A DNA stretch of 64,000 bases from an uncultured delta proteobacterium (GCA_963731795.1 CAVSWU010000003.1:966216-1030215); one strand, 5' to 3'. Counted from the stretch's first letter, positions 1 through 15,197 are shown. Program-made: numbers and translations. The notes: generated by a model not told the origin, from the letters alone.

Positions 1-616
1 CTGGCTGCGAGGCGCCGTGGCCGCCCTGGGCCGCCAGCGGCACGCGCAGGAGCAGCACCTCTTCATCAAGTTCGACGCCTGGCACGTGCTGGAGCTGCCC
101 CTGATCCAGCGCGCCTTCCCAGGCGTCCCGTGGCTCTTCCTCTACCGAGACCCGGTGGAGATCATGGCTTCGCACCAGGGACACCGGGGAGCCCACATGC
201 TGCCCGGAGTGCTCGAGCCGGCCCTGCTGGGCTTGGAGCCCGAACACCTGAAGACCCTGGCGCTGCAGGAGTACGGAGCGCGAGTGTTGGCACGCCTGTG
301 CGAGGCCGCCCTGAAGGCGTGGAGGGAGCGGCTCAGCCCGGCGCTCCTGGTGCACTACCGGCAGCTCCCGGAGCTGGCGCTGGAGGCACTGCCCGCTCAC
401 TGGGGGGTGGAGCTCACGACGGAGGAGCGCGAGCGCATGCGCGAGGCTGCGCAACGGGATGCCAAGAACCCCGTGCTGCCCTTCGAGGATGACACCGCCG
501 CCAAGCAGCGGGCGCTCACCGAGACGGCCCGCAAACAGGTGGAGCAGTGGGTCCGTCCACCCTACGAAGCGCTGGAGCTGGCGCGACGCGAAGCCCTCGG
601 GCTGCGCCCGTCCTGA
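1..616 (+). CDS. sulfotransferase-like protein, C-terminal portion (5' end lies upstream of the window)
   Basis: The ORF runs to the window edge. Its 'LFLYRDPVEIMASH' segment resembles the 3'-phosphate-binding RDP.D motif of PAPS sulfotransferases. Codon usage is GC3-rich. Confidence 0.4.
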   Translation, partial: WLRGAVAALGRQRHAQEQHLFIKFDAWHVLELPLIQRAFPGVPWLFLYRDPVEIMASHQGHRGAHMLPGVLEPALLGLEPEHLKTLALQEYGARVLARLCEAALKAWRERLSPALLVHYRQLPELALEALPAHWGVELTTEERERMREAAQRDAKNPVLPFEDDTAAKQRALTETARKQVEQWVRPPYEALELARREALGLRPS

Positions 617-634
617 GTCCGAGGTGGTGCGAGC

Positions 635-2170
635 TCACGGAGGCCCGCCGAACGGCCACACGAACCCCGGCTGGCGGACGATCTCCGGAGCCTTTCGTCC
701 TCTCCAGCGCATGCCCTCGCCGGGCCGAAGCAGCAGCGCTCGCGGGCCTCGCCGCCGTTGCCGGTATACCTGCTCCAGCCGTTCTGGATAGGGATCGGCA
801 TCCGGGTTCTCGTCCAGGGTGCTGGCGCCACTCACGGGCTCGCCGGGGTAGCCCGGGTAGCGCGGGCCCATCCCCTCGCGCCAGTACCACGGCGCTCCAC
901 CATCGGCGCAGGGGACGACATAGCGCGCGCCGAGCCGCTCGCCGAACTCCAGCGCCTCCTCGGGACCGGCCATGAGTTGCTGAGGCCGGGTGAGCGCATC
1001 CCGAGGCACGTCCACGAGGAACGCATCCAGCGTGGTGAACCCGAAGAAGAGGGGCTTGAGCTTGAAGCCGCGCACGCCGCAGAACAGCACGTCCACCGGC
1101 TGCTCCTCGCGGACGCGGTCGCAGACGGTGCGCATGTCGCCCCGCGAGTCATGCCCCGCATCCGCGAAGAAGGCCGCCGAGAAGCCCGGCGCACGCACCA
1201 GCCAGGTGTTCCCCTCGTTGAAGAGCTCCGGGTAGAGCCCCTGCTCATCGGTCGGCTGCTCCCCGTAGAACGGGAGCGCGCGGACGGTGAGGTCACCGAC
1301 CCGCCGCTCCTCGCCCCAGCGCAGCGGCTCCACGCGTGTGAAGCCGAGCTGGGTCAGCCGCAGCACACAGTCGGTGGAGAAGAGGCTCTCGCGCTCCACC
1401 GCTGGGACGAAGATGCGGGTGTCCCTCGGGAGCTGCAGCAGCGAGCCCAGGTGGAAATGGTCTCCATGCGAGTGAGTGATGAGCACCGCGTCGACCGCGC
1501 CCAGATCCCGCGGGTGCACCGGTGGGTAGCCCGGCAGATCAATCCCGCTCATCGGCCGGAAGTATGGATCCACCAGGATCCGTGCCTCACGGCCCACCAC
1601 GAGCACCGTGTTGTGCCCCACGAAGAACGCCCCGGGCTCCGGGAGCTCGAGGGCTCCCTCATGGCGCACCAACCAGCCGGCTCCCGCCATGTCGGAGATC
1701 AGCTCTCCCACCGAAGGGTTCGAGGCGAGGGCACGCAGCTCGGCGCGGCTGGCACCCCGGGCGAGCGTGGCGAACAAGTCCGAGATCGCCGGCCACTCTC
1801 CCCTCTTCACGGAGAAGTCGAGCCCGAGCTGCTCCTGGCGCAGGTGCAGCACGCGGGGCAGGTGACGCGAGGGCTCGGGGAACAGCACCTCGCGCCTGAG
1901 CACCCGCCGGCCTCCACGCCGCTTCTGGCCCTCACAGAGCGCGGCGTAGCGAGGAGTCTCCTCCAGCCAGCGAACCAGCGCGCGGGCCTCGCGGAGCGCG
2001 CGAGCCGGTCCCAGCGCCGCGAGCTGCCGCTTCAGCGCGAGGTGCGCCCGCCGCACCGGGCGCGAGGCAGGCCCCTGGATGCTGCACCCGAGATCCTCGT
2101 GGTGTTCCGCCTCGGTCCGAGCCGAGGCGAGGACCGCCAGGCTGACGCCGCGGTGCAAGGTGAGCCGCAT
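635..2170 (-). CDS. MBL-fold metallo-hydrolase with a ~200-aa N-terminal extension
   Basis: 537-aa ORF with the HxHxDH motif 'LITHSHGDHFHLGSL' and a beta-lactamase-fold core. The start is uncertain, either 2248 or the internal Met at 2170. Confidence 0.6.
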   Translation of the reverse strand: MRLTLHRGVSLAVLASARTEAEHHEDLGCSIQGPASRPVRRAHLALKRQLAALGPARALREARALVRWLEETPRYAALCEGQKRRGGRRVLRREVLFPEPSRHLPRVLHLRQEQLGLDFSVKRGEWPAISDLFATLARGASRAELRALASNPSVGELISDMAGAGWLVRHEGALELPEPGAFFVGHNTVLVVGREARILVDPYFRPMSGIDLPGYPPVHPRDLGAVDAVLITHSHGDHFHLGSLLQLPRDTRIFVPAVERESLFSTDCVLRLTQLGFTRVEPLRWGEERRVGDLTVRALPFYGEQPTDEQGLYPELFNEGNTWLVRAPGFSAAFFADAGHDSRGDMRTVCDRVREEQPVDVLFCGVRGFKLKPLFFGFTTLDAFLVDVPRDALTRPQQLMAGPEEALEFGERLGARYVVPCADGGAPWYWREGMGPRYPGYPGEPVSGASTLDENPDADPYPERLEQVYRQRRRGPRALLLRPGEGMRWRGRKAPEIVRQPGFVWPFGGPP

Positions 2171-2284
2171 GGCGCGGGTTCCCTCCTCTCGCTGATGGCG
2201 GAGGCGCCATGCACTCCAGCCCCACCCGGTTCCGGTGGCTGCACGCACGCTCCCCCAGCCCGGGACTGGGGGAGCGGTGTCACC

Positions 2285-4015
2285 CTACGGCTGGCGGGTG
2301 ATACGGCCCGTCGAGGGCGGAGTCAGCGGGTTGTGCGAGCGCAGGTAGCCCTCGAGCGCGTCGAGATCGATCGAGCCGGTGCGCACATCCGTCCCCTCGG
2401 TGAACACCGTGTAGCCGTCGCCGCCGGAGGCCATGAAGTTGTTCACCGTGACGCGGTAGCTCGCCGCCGGATCGATGGGCGCGCCGTTGAGCATGATGGA
2501 CGCCGGATCAATCTTGTCACCGTCCGGCCCCGACTCCTTCCACGTGTAGGAGAAGCCGTCCGACACCTGCATGATGAGGGGGCGCGCGGACGGCGAGAAC
2601 TGCTGCTCCAGCACTCGCTCGATCTGCGCGCCGGTGAGCGTCAGCGTCGTCAGGTTGTTGGCGAAGGGCTGAACGGCGAAGGCCTGGCCGTAGGTGATAT
2701 CCCCCGCGGAGAGGTCCGCGCGGACGCCGCCGGCGTTCTGGAAGGCGATGACGGCCGCACCGGTCTGCTCGTCCTTGGTGGCCCAGAGCATCGCGTCCGC
2801 GGTGACGCTGCCCAGCGAGTACTCACCCGAGTCGTTCGCCGGGAGCGGACGCACGGGAGCCTTCAGCGCCACGGGGGTGTTGCCGATGACGCGGTTCGCC
2901 ATGGGCGCGACCTTCTTATTGACCAGCGTCTTCACGAAGGAGTCCACGTCGTAGTCCGCGTTGTCGCGGGTGACGATGAGGTTGTGCGCGTCCGTGTCGA
3001 TCACGTCGTGCGAGACGGGATCCAGCTCCAGATCGATCTGGGTGAGGAGCCGCCCGAAGCTGGCCGCGCTGGTGACGCGCTTGTTGTCGATCATGCAGTT
3101 GTACGCCTGGTGGGTGTGGCCGGAGACGACCACGTCCACCGCGGGATCGAACCTGTGGACGATGTCCACGATGGCTCCCGAGACCGCGCGGCACTCGTCA
3201 TAGCCGCCCAGCAGCGGCAGGCCGCCCTCGTGGATCAGCACCACGATGGCCTCCACGCCCTGCGCCTTCAGGTCCGGGACCAGGGCGTTGACCGTGTCCG
3301 CCTCGTCCTGGAAGGTGAGGCCCTGGATGCTGGCCGGGTTGACGATCTGCGAGGTGCCCTCCAGCGTCATCCCGATGAAGCCCACCTTGATGCCGTCGAA
3401 CTCGCGGATCTCGTAAGGCGGCAGCAGGGTCTTCTTCGCGGCCACGTCGGTGAACACGTTGGCCGAGAGGTACTTGAACTTCGCGCCCGTGAAGGCCGTC
3501 TCGAACTGGCACCCATCCTTGGGGTGGCAGCCGCCGTTCTGCATGCGCAGCAGCTCGTCGCGGCCATCATCGAACTCGTGGTTGCCCACGGAGGTGATGT
3601 CCAGCCCGATCATGTTCATCACGTCGATGGTGGGCTCGTCGTGGAAGACGCCGGAAGCCAGCGGCGAGGCGCCGATCAGGTCACCCGCCGAGACGACCAC
3701 CGTGTGCTCGGGATCCTGCTGCCGCAGCTTGTTGATGTGGTGGGCGAGGTAGGTCGCGCCGCCCGCATTCACATTGGTGGTGGTCGTGCCGGACGTGATC
3801 GTGATGCGCCCGTTGCTCCCCGAGGGAGGCTCCAGGTTGCCGTGGAAGTCGTTGAAGGCGAGCAGCTGCACATGGACCGGCGACTTCGAGGCCGGCTGCG
3901 TGTCTTCACTGCAAGCCGAGGAGAGGATGAGCAAGGAGCCGGTAACGAAGGCTCCGAGGAGCTTGGAGGCGCTGGAGCGCCCCTGAGCGCTAGAGGAGGT
4001 GTTGGAGTGGATCAT
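2285..4015 (-). CDS. bifunctional metallophosphatase/5'-nucleotidase (UshA family) lipoprotein
   Basis: Calcineurin-like motifs 'GNHEFDDG' and 'GHTHQ' plus a C-terminal 5'-nucleotidase domain. The N-terminal lipobox is 'LLILSSAC'. The start is set at the MIHSN Met in the track frame. Confidence 0.8.
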   Translation of the reverse strand: MIHSNTSSSAQGRSSASKLLGAFVTGSLLILSSACSEDTQPASKSPVHVQLLAFNDFHGNLEPPSGSNGRITITSGTTTTNVNAGGATYLAHHINKLRQQDPEHTVVVSAGDLIGASPLASGVFHDEPTIDVMNMIGLDITSVGNHEFDDGRDELLRMQNGGCHPKDGCQFETAFTGAKFKYLSANVFTDVAAKKTLLPPYEIREFDGIKVGFIGMTLEGTSQIVNPASIQGLTFQDEADTVNALVPDLKAQGVEAIVVLIHEGGLPLLGGYDECRAVSGAIVDIVHRFDPAVDVVVSGHTHQAYNCMIDNKRVTSAASFGRLLTQIDLELDPVSHDVIDTDAHNLIVTRDNADYDVDSFVKTLVNKKVAPMANRVIGNTPVALKAPVRPLPANDSGEYSLGSVTADAMLWATKDEQTGAAVIAFQNAGGVRADLSAGDITYGQAFAVQPFANNLTTLTLTGAQIERVLEQQFSPSARPLIMQVSDGFSYTWKESGPDGDKIDPASIMLNGAPIDPAASYRVTVNNFMASGGDGYTVFTEGTDVRTGSIDLDALEGYLRSHNPLTPPSTGRITRQP

Positions 4016-4196
4016 GGGCGCGGAGGGAAATACCTGAAAACGGATCCGCGCGGAACCACCCGCCCCGTGACGATCTGCTGATCCTGCCGCACCGCATCCC
4101 ACACATAGGAGGATGCTGGGGCAAACGCCTCAGCGGTTCACCCTGCTCCACCCGAACCGGAATGCCCTCCTGACGGCCAGTCCGTGCGCGCTGGGC

Positions 4197-4427
4197 TCAG
4201 GAGACTCGCGGCCTGGAGGAGCCGCCAGGCCCCCCTTTGCGCCGCGCGACGATGATGTTGCTCACGACGAAGGCCACCACCGCTATGGCGACCACTCCCA
4301 CCCAGTACCAGGTCAGCGGACTGGTAGCGGCCTGCCGGTTTTCGGAGGGCTCCTGCCCAGGCTGGGCGAGCGCAAGCAGGGGCAGCAGCAGGCTTAGCGC
4401 CACGGGCGGAATCGGTATCGTTCGCAT
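4197..4427 (-). CDS. small membrane protein (signal peptide plus one TM helix)
   Basis: 76-aa ORF 'MRTIPIPPVALSLLLPLLALAQP...WYWVGVVAIAVVAFVVSNIIVARRK'. No homology was recognised. Confidence 0.3.
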   Translation of the reverse strand: MRTIPIPPVALSLLLPLLALAQPGQEPSENRQAATSPLTWYWVGVVAIAVVAFVVSNIIVARRKGGPGGSSRPRVS

Positions 4428-4517
4428 GGTCGTCCTCTCTGCAGAGAACGTTGTCATCGCAAGTTCCGGCCACAAGAGGCTTATTCCGATCCCATTCGAG
4501 CACGGCAGCCATTAGCG

Positions 4518-5381
4518 TTGCCTCGCATGCTGACCGAAGTGCAGGCGGGCCCGTACACCATCCGAGGCATCTCGATCGGAGGCGTGTACACATCGCTGCA
4601 AGTCCCCGAGCTGAACGTGGTGCTGGACGCGGGAGTGCCCCTCCGGAGCTTCGCGACGACGGACCACATCTTCCTGAGTCACGGGCACTCGGACCACGCC
4701 AGCGCGCTGGGCGCCCTGCTGGGGATCCGAGGGCTGGTAGGCAAGCACTCGCCTGCCCAGGTGTTCCTCCCGGCGGAGATCGAGTCAGCGGTCCAGGAGG
4801 CGCTCGCGGCCCTGCAGCGGGTGCACCGGTCCGCGATCGAGCTCGAGACCCTCCCGATGCACCCTGGAGACACGCGAAAGGTCTACCGTGACATCTGGGT
4901 CCGGGCCTTCCGGACGCATCACGCGGGCCCGTCGCTCGGCTACCAGTTCTTCCGGCGCATCACGAAGCTCAAGCCCGAGCACCAGGCGCTTCCAGGCGAG
5001 GAGATCGCCCGCCTCCGGCGCGAGGGAGTGCCGGGGATCTTCGACGAGCTCGAGCGGCTGGAGCTGGCCTACGCCACGGACACGCTGTCGAAGGTGCTGG
5101 AGACCGCGCCCTCGATCCTGGAGAGCCGGGTGCTGATCCTCGAGTGCACGTACCTGGATCAGAAACGCACGGTGGAGGAGACGCAGGAGCGCCTGCACGT
5201 CCACCTGGATGAGATCATCGCCCGAGCGGACCGGTTCCAGAACGAAGCCCTGGTGTTGATGCACTTCAGCCAGCTCTACGCACCGGAGCAGGTGCGCGAG
5301 CTCATCCGCGAGCGGGTCCCGCCCTCGTTGCACGAGCGGATCCGCGTCTTCGCCCCCGAGTCCAACCGCTGGTTCGGGTGA
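4518..5381 (+). CDS. MBL fold metallo-hydrolase
   Basis: 287 aa with the motif 'IFLSHGHSDHASALG' and ribonuclease Z-like/beta-lactamase-fold organisation. Confidence 0.75.
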   Translation: MPRMLTEVQAGPYTIRGISIGGVYTSLQVPELNVVLDAGVPLRSFATTDHIFLSHGHSDHASALGALLGIRGLVGKHSPAQVFLPAEIESAVQEALAALQRVHRSAIELETLPMHPGDTRKVYRDIWVRAFRTHHAGPSLGYQFFRRITKLKPEHQALPGEEIARLRREGVPGIFDELERLELAYATDTLSKVLETAPSILESRVLILECTYLDQKRTVEETQERLHVHLDEIIARADRFQNEALVLMHFSQLYAPEQVRELIRERVPPSLHERIRVFAPESNRWFG

Positions 5382-5390
5382 GCCGCGGGC

Positions 5391-5909
5391 TCAGGGCTTC
5401 GCGGCGGGCGCGGCCTTCGCGGGCGCGGGCCCACCCATGTCCACGCCAGCGGGCTGGAACGCGCCACTGGGATCCTGTGCCCAGAGCGCATAGCGCCGCG
5501 TCGTCACATCGTGGAGGTGCCCGCTCAGGTAGCAGAGCACGTACACAGTGGTCTCCGGCTCGGTCATGGAGAACATGCCGTGCAGGAAGCAGTCGGCGCC
5601 ATCGGCGGCTCGCGCCTCCTTGCCGATGGGGTGCCCCAGCAGTCCCACCACCTCTTGCTGGGACATGCCCGCGTTCACCGCCTTGATCCCGTGGCCGGTG
5701 ACGATCCGGATCATCTCCGGCTGCCCCAGCGTGGACAGCCACGTCGCCAGCACGGCCAGGAGCGGCACGAGCAGCACGGCGACGATGTACAGCCAGCGCC
5801 GGTCTTCGGAGGAGCGCTGCTCTCGGAACGCCGTGAAGATCGCTCCGCTGTCGGAGGATCCCTGCTCGTTCACCATGGAAGGGTTCATGCTGTTCTCTGG
5901 CGTACTCAC
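5391..5909 (-). CDS. membrane-anchored hypothetical protein
   Basis: 172-aa ORF with one TM segment 'WLYIVAVLLVPLLAVLATWL'. It is tightly packed convergently with the neighbouring gene. Confidence 0.45.
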   Translation of the reverse strand: MSTPENSMNPSMVNEQGSSDSGAIFTAFREQRSSEDRRWLYIVAVLLVPLLAVLATWLSTLGQPEMIRIVTGHGIKAVNAGMSQQEVVGLLGHPIGKEARAADGADCFLHGMFSMTEPETTVYVLCYLSGHLHDVTTRRYALWAQDPSGAFQPAGVDMGGPAPAKAAPAAKP

Positions 5910-5986
5910 GCCGCCTCACATGCCAACTGTCAGCCGCTGGAATGATACCCCAACCCCTGTTCTCAGGAGGCTCATTCCACGCCCCT

Positions 5987-6715
5987 TCACGATGCCCGCA
6001 GTTCGGGGAAGAAGCGCTCTCTCATGCGCTGGCAGTAGCGCACCAGATTGTCGCGCGACAGGCCGAAGTCCTTGACCACGAACTCCATGGGGACCTCGAT
6101 GATATTGGACACGTGGGAGTACACGGTGGCGTCCACCAAGGTGAGCTGATCTCCCATGAAGAAGGGCTTGTCCCCCAGATAGTCGGAGACGGCCGCGAGA
6201 TCCTGCAGACCGATGCGGTACACCTCCTCCTGCGTGTGCCGTCCGAGGCCATGCCCATAGAGCCCGTTCACGACGGACTTCCAGTACGTATCCGCCCAGG
6301 CAAGCCGCTGCTCATCCGCCGGCTGCTCATCCGTCGCCGCACCGCCGAGCATCCGCCGGTAGCGGCCCCAATTGCGCTCGTCTTTGTAACGAGAGTAGAC
6401 GACGACCCAGTACAGGTTTTCTTTGATCATCCGGCGGAACGCGAGGGAGATGGCGCGCTGCTCCGTGGTGAGCCCCGCGTCGAGATCCCGGCCGTGCTTG
6501 ACCTTGAGGTGCTCGATGATGAGCGTCGAGTCCCCCATCTTCGTACCGTCCTCCTCGATGATGTAGGGGATCTTGCCCTTGGGCGCACCCGCCAGATCCA
6601 TCGGTGCCGCTTCGTAGCGGATGCCCACCATGCGCAACCATGTCTCCAGCTTCATGCACGCGGGACTCAGGTTGGGGATCCCCCAGACCGCCGGCGGTTG
6701 GACGAGACGAATCAT
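5987..6715 (-). CDS. glutathione S-transferase family protein
   Basis: 242 aa with a GST N-terminal thioredoxin-like fold ('IPYIIEEDGTKMGDSTLIIEHL') and a C-terminal helical domain. Confidence 0.7.
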   Translation of the reverse strand: MIRLVQPPAVWGIPNLSPACMKLETWLRMVGIRYEAAPMDLAGAPKGKIPYIIEEDGTKMGDSTLIIEHLKVKHGRDLDAGLTTEQRAISLAFRRMIKENLYWVVVYSRYKDERNWGRYRRMLGGAATDEQPADEQRLAWADTYWKSVVNGLYGHGLGRHTQEEVYRIGLQDLAAVSDYLGDKPFFMGDQLTLVDATVYSHVSNIIEVPMEFVVKDFGLSRDNLVRYCQRMRERFFPELRAS

Positions 6716-6796
6716 GTTCCCTCTCGCGGCCTGCGCCGCGCTCCTGCCCGATGCGAAAGGTACCGGGACAGCCAGGATTATAGGACGAAACCTGAA

Positions 6797-7999
6797 TTAG
6801 CCGAGCAGCGAGGCGACCAGGGCCGGGAAGTCCGTTCCCGGCGGCAGGCGCCCTTCCGCGTGCTCGGGACGGCCGCCGCCGCGCCCACCGGCGGCCTCGG
6901 CCAGACGCTTGAGGAAGGCGCCGCACCCGAAGCTGGAGCCGCTCCCGCGGGCGATCAACACCGAGAGCCCCTCGGGAGCACGGCCGGCGAGCAGCACCAC
7001 TGACTCCGGCCGGGACGTGAGCCTCGCGGCGATCGCGCGCAGCGACTCGGGGCCGGCGCCCTCGAGCACGCCCACCACCCGGTGGTCCGGGGACTTCTCC
7101 AGCGCCGCGGCCAGCTCCACCGCGGCCTGATCAGCCAGCTTCGCCCGAGCCGCGCCCAGCGCCTCGCGCGCGTCGGTGAGATCCCGGCGCAGCTTGTCGA
7201 TGACCACCGGCACTTCGCTCGGGCCGCAGGTGAAGGCGCGGCTCAGGCCTCGGAGCGTGCCGGCCTCCTGCCACAGCTCGCCCCGAGCGCGGCGCCCCGC
7301 GGAGAAGCTGACCCGTCCCTTGCCCTTGTAGCGCTCCACCCCGAGCACCCGGATCATCCCCACCTGCGCCGAGCCCGTGCAGTGGGTCCCTCCGCACGGA
7401 GACGCATCGAAATCACCGATCTGCACCACGCGGATGTTCTCGGTCACCTTGGGCTTGCGGCGCAGCGGCAGGGCGGCCAGCTCCTCGGGCGTGGGGAAGA
7501 AGGCTCGGATCCTCACGTCGTCATCGATGACGGCGTTGGCCAGCTCCTCCGCCTCGGCGACCTTCGCCTCATCGAGCACGTCCAGATCCACGTCGATGGT
7601 GCAGAGCGTCTCGCCCAGGCGTGAGGAGACCGTGTGGGCGTTGGCCACGTCCACCAGCGCGGCCGAGAGCATGTGCTGGCCGGTGTGCAGCGCCATGTGC
7701 ACGCGGCGGCGGGCCCGATCAATCTCGCCCGCCAGCTCGGCACCCAGCTCGGGGAGCCCCTTCCCCTCGGGGAGCTCCAGGACGTGATGCACGACGCCCG
7801 CGTCATCCACCTGCACATCCCGCACCGCGAAGCCGCCGAGCACTCCGCGATCGGCCATCTGGCCTCCCGCCTCGGGGTAGAAGGCCGTGCGATCGAGCAC
7901 GAGGGACGGAGCACCGTTCCAGGCCGCGTGCGCGATCACGCGCCCGGTGAACTGGTGCAGGAAGGGATCGGAGTAGTAGAGACGCTCTGTGGAGGACAT
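6797..7999 (-). CDS. alaX: alanyl-tRNA editing protein AlaX-L (AlaRS editing domain plus DHHA1)
   Basis: tRNA-synthetase class II core-like N-domain, an HxxxH.....CGGTH zinc motif ('HTGQHML...SPCGGTHCTG') and a C-terminal DHHA1 domain. The start is at the MSSTERLYYSDPF Met. Confidence 0.8.
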   Translation of the reverse strand: MSSTERLYYSDPFLHQFTGRVIAHAAWNGAPSLVLDRTAFYPEAGGQMADRGVLGGFAVRDVQVDDAGVVHHVLELPEGKGLPELGAELAGEIDRARRRVHMALHTGQHMLSAALVDVANAHTVSSRLGETLCTIDVDLDVLDEAKVAEAEELANAVIDDDVRIRAFFPTPEELAALPLRRKPKVTENIRVVQIGDFDASPCGGTHCTGSAQVGMIRVLGVERYKGKGRVSFSAGRRARGELWQEAGTLRGLSRAFTCGPSEVPVVIDKLRRDLTDAREALGAARAKLADQAAVELAAALEKSPDHRVVGVLEGAGPESLRAIAARLTSRPESVVLLAGRAPEGLSVLIARGSGSSFGCGAFLKRLAEAAGGRGGGRPEHAEGRLPPGTDFPALVASLLG

Positions 8000-8349
8000 G
8001 GCCCTACAGGGATAACACGGGCCCAGGCTCTTGCCTCCGCTCGCTCTGACTCCTGCCGGGCGACGCTTCGCGGCAGGCACGGAGAACGGCGTCGAAATCG
8101 TTCGCTTCATGCCATGGTTCTCGCCCGGCAGTTCCCTGTCTCACTTGCCGCACGGCACAACCTTGACGCAGTGCAGAATCCATCAACCCTCAAGAGCCCG
8201 CGTCCCTGGACTCGCCCTCTTGCTTCGGGGGTGAACGATCCGGGTATCTCCCCCTCATTCGCTCCTTCCCCAGGTTGACGCGACGCATTACCATGCCCCG
8301 TCTGCCAGTGAACAAACTTGCGCCTCACCCAGATGGAGGGAGTCAGCTG

Positions 8350-12906
<4,557 letters not shown>

Positions 12907-12909
12907 GCC

Positions 12910-14373
12910 ATGGGAAAGCCCACCGGCTTCATGGAGTGGTCCCGCGTCCCTGCCCCCAAGCGGGAGAAGGCGGAGCGCGTCCAGGACTCTCGCGAGTTCA
13001 CCCTGCCCCTGCCTTCCGATGAGGCGAAGCGGCAAGCGGGACGGTGCATGGACTGCGGTGTCCCCTTCTGCCAGCAGGGCTGTCCGCTGGGGAACCCCAT
13101 CCCGGACTTCAACGATGCGGTCTACCGCGGGCGCTGGAAGGCGGCGTTCCTCGCGCTGAGCAGCACCAACAACTTCCCGGAGTTCACCGGGCGGCTGTGC
13201 CCCGCGCCGTGCGAGGCCGCGTGCGTGCTGTCCATCGACCAGCCCCCGGTCACCATCGAGCAGATGGAGAAGGAGATCGCCGAGCGGGCCTTCGCGGAGG
13301 GCTGGGTGCAGGCGCAGCCGCCAGCGCGGCGCACGGGCAAGCGGGTGGCGGTGGTGGGCTCGGGGCCGGCGGGGCTGGCGGCGGCGGCGCAGCTCAACCG
13401 GGCGGGCCACTCGGTCACCGTGTACGAGCGGGACGATCGGCTCGGCGGGCTGCTGCGCTACGGCATCCCGGACTTCAAGATGGAGAAGGGCGTGGTGGAT
13501 CGGCGCCTGGCGCTGCTGGAGGCCGAGGGCGTGGTGTTCCGCACGGGCGTGGACGTGGGCAAGGAGCCCGGCTACCGCGCCCTGCGCGAGCAGCATGACG
13601 CGCTCGTGCTGGCCATCGGGGCGAGGAAGGCCCGGGAGCTGGAGGTGCCGGGGCGCGAGCTGGCGGGCGTGGTGCAGGCCATGGACTACCTGGAGCACCA
13701 GAACCGGGTGGTCTCGGGGCTGGCCACGCTGGAGCCTCGGCTGAACGCCGAGGGAAAGCGGGTGCTCATCCTCGGAGGTGGAGACACGGGCTCGGACTGC
13801 CTGGGCACGGCGCTGCGGCAGGGCGCTGAGAGCGTGACGCAGGTAGAGCTGCTCCCTGCGCCGCCGATGACGCGAGCCTCCAACAACCCCTGGCCGCGTT
13901 GGCCGTTGGTGTTCCGCACCTCGTCCAGCCAGGAGGAAGGTGGCGAGCGCGCGTTCGGGCTCATGACGAAGCACCTGTCCGGCAGCGACGGGCGGATCCA
14001 GAAGCTGCACGCGATCAAGGTGGAGCTGCAGCGGCAGGCGGACGGCTCCACGCGGCTGGTGGAGGTGCCCGGCTCCGAGCAGGTGCACGAGGTGGATCTG
14101 CTGATCCTGGCCATGGGCTTCACGGGCCCGGACACGGCACTGCTTCAGGAGGAGCTCGGAGTCCGGCTGACTGCTCGCGGCGCGGTGCAGGTGGATGAGC
14201 GCTTCGCGACCTCGGCGGACGGGGTGTTCTGCGCGGGAGATGCGAGCCGGGGCGCGAGCCTCATCGTCTGGGCCATCTCGGACGGGCGCGAGGCGGCGAA
14301 GGCAGCCGACGCATGGCTCTCCGGGAAGCCCTCCGCGCTGCCGACCCGAGGCCGAGACGCTTCGTTCGGCTGA
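12910..14373 (+). CDS. gltD: glutamate synthase small subunit (NADPH-dependent)
   Basis: 487 aa with the '[10 protein letters not shown]' N-terminus, Fe-S Cys cluster, and FAD/NADPH GXGXXG motifs ('[14 protein letters not shown]'). It starts 4 nt after the gltB stop. Confidence 0.9.
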   Translation: MGKPTGFMEWSRVPAPKREKAERVQDSREFTLPLPSDEAKRQAGRCMDCGVPFCQQGCPLGNPIPDFNDAVYRGRWKAAFLALSSTNNFPEFTGRLCPAPCEAACVLSIDQPPVTIEQMEKEIAERAFAEGWVQAQPPARRTGKRVAVVGSGPAGLAAAAQLNRAGHSVTVYERDDRLGGLLRYGIPDFKMEKGVVDRRLALLEAEGVVFRTGVDVGKEPGYRALREQHDALVLAIGARKARELEVPGRELAGVVQAMDYLEHQNRVVSGLATLEPRLNAEGKRVLILGGGDTGSDCLGTALRQGAESVTQVELLPAPPMTRASNNPWPRWPLVFRTSSSQEEGGERAFGLMTKHLSGSDGRIQKLHAIKVELQRQADGSTRLVEVPGSEQVHEVDLLILAMGFTGPDTALLQEELGVRLTARGAVQVDERFATSADGVFCAGDASRGASLIVWAISDGREAAKAADAWLSGKPSALPTRGRDASFG

Positions 14374-14403
14374 GATCCGCGCCGTGGGCTATACCCTTCG
14401 CGC

Positions 14404-15069
14404 ATGAAGCCCTGGGAAGTCCTCGCGCGAGCGCCCGCTCCGGACGGTGGTGAGTTCGTGCTCCACCACCGCGATGGCGAGTACGTGATCCGCGTGCACG
14501 GCCAGGAACTCATGTCCTCTCGGGTCCACGGCTCGGAGGAGGCCATGGCGCGGCTGGGGTGCGCGGGCCTGAGTCACGTCCCGGAGGCTCGGGTGCTCGT
14601 TGGCGGGCTGGGGCTCGGGTACACGCTGCGGGCGACGCTGGATGGCCTGGGAGCAGATGCCCAGGTGGTCGTCGCCGAGCTGGCCGAGGCCATCGTCGAT
14701 TGGAACCGGGGCCCGCTGGCCCCCTTGGCGGGCCGGCCCCTGGAGGATCCACGTGTTCGAGTGGAGATCGCCGACGTGAGGCGCGTGATGCGCAGCGCCG
14801 CGCCATGGCACGCGATCCTCCTCGATGTGGACAATGGGCCCGCGGCGCTCACTCGGGCGTCCAACGCGGGCCTCTATGACAAGCAGGGACTCGGCGCGGC
14901 GCATGCGGCCCTGGTCCCCGGTGGCGCGCTGGTGGTGTGGAGCGCAGGCCCCGACGACCGCTTCACCGCGCGGCTCGGGCAGGCGGGCTTCAACGTCGAG
15001 ACGCACTCGGTGCCCGCGGGGAAGGGCCGTGGCACGCGCCACACGCTCTTCGTCGCGCGGCGCCGCTGA
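14404..15069 (+). CDS. spermidine synthase-like class I SAM-dependent methyltransferase family protein
   Basis: 221 aa with a GxGxG SAM motif ('VLVGGLGLGYTL') and acidic motifs 'DPRVRVEIADV' and 'ILLDVDNGP', typical of spermine/spermidine synthase-like proteins. Confidence 0.55.
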   Translation: MKPWEVLARAPAPDGGEFVLHHRDGEYVIRVHGQELMSSRVHGSEEAMARLGCAGLSHVPEARVLVGGLGLGYTLRATLDGLGADAQVVVAELAEAIVDWNRGPLAPLAGRPLEDPRVRVEIADVRRVMRSAAPWHAILLDVDNGPAALTRASNAGLYDKQGLGAAHAALVPGGALVVWSAGPDDRFTARLGQAGFNVETHSVPAGKGRGTRHTLFVARRR

Positions 15070-15197
15070 CCCGCGTCGGCCGCCGGAGACGAGTCGTCAC
15101 GGCACTCACTGCCGCCACGGACACTCTGTCACACGAGAGTGAACAGGCCTGGGAAGGCACCCGCGATTTCCTTCGGAAGATGGCTCGGATGGGCTGC

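Noticed and set aside
758-4081. Very long ORFs antisense to real genes, for example 758..4081 + (1107 aa), 8377..12486 - (1369 aa), 36286..38490 - (734 aa), 42212..44377 - (721 aa), 29316..31172 +, 51380..53380 - and 57454..59631 +.
   Set aside because: They show Arg/Ala/Gly/Pro-rich composition with no domain signatures. They lie opposite well-supported genes (5'-nucleotidase, gltB, ECF module, hypothetical operon, kinase, activator, GGDEF). Open antisense frames are expected at 70% GC, where stop codons are rare. Only the DoxX portion at the end of 57454..59631 is real.
4113-4593. Small overlapping ORFs 4113..4397 +, 4138..4593 - and 4237..4515 + in the gap between the 5'-nucleotidase and the MBL hydrolase.
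   Set aside because: They are mutually overlapping on both strands with low-complexity translations. Only the signal-peptide/TM ORF 4197..4427 looks protein-like.
8110-8349. Promoter or sigma54 site upstream of gltB (TTGACG hexamers; GGCAC-N-TTGA).
   Set aside because: The hexamers lack a properly spaced -10. The GG/GC spacing is wrong for sigma54 (GA rather than GC at -12). Only the GGAGGG RBS is convincing.
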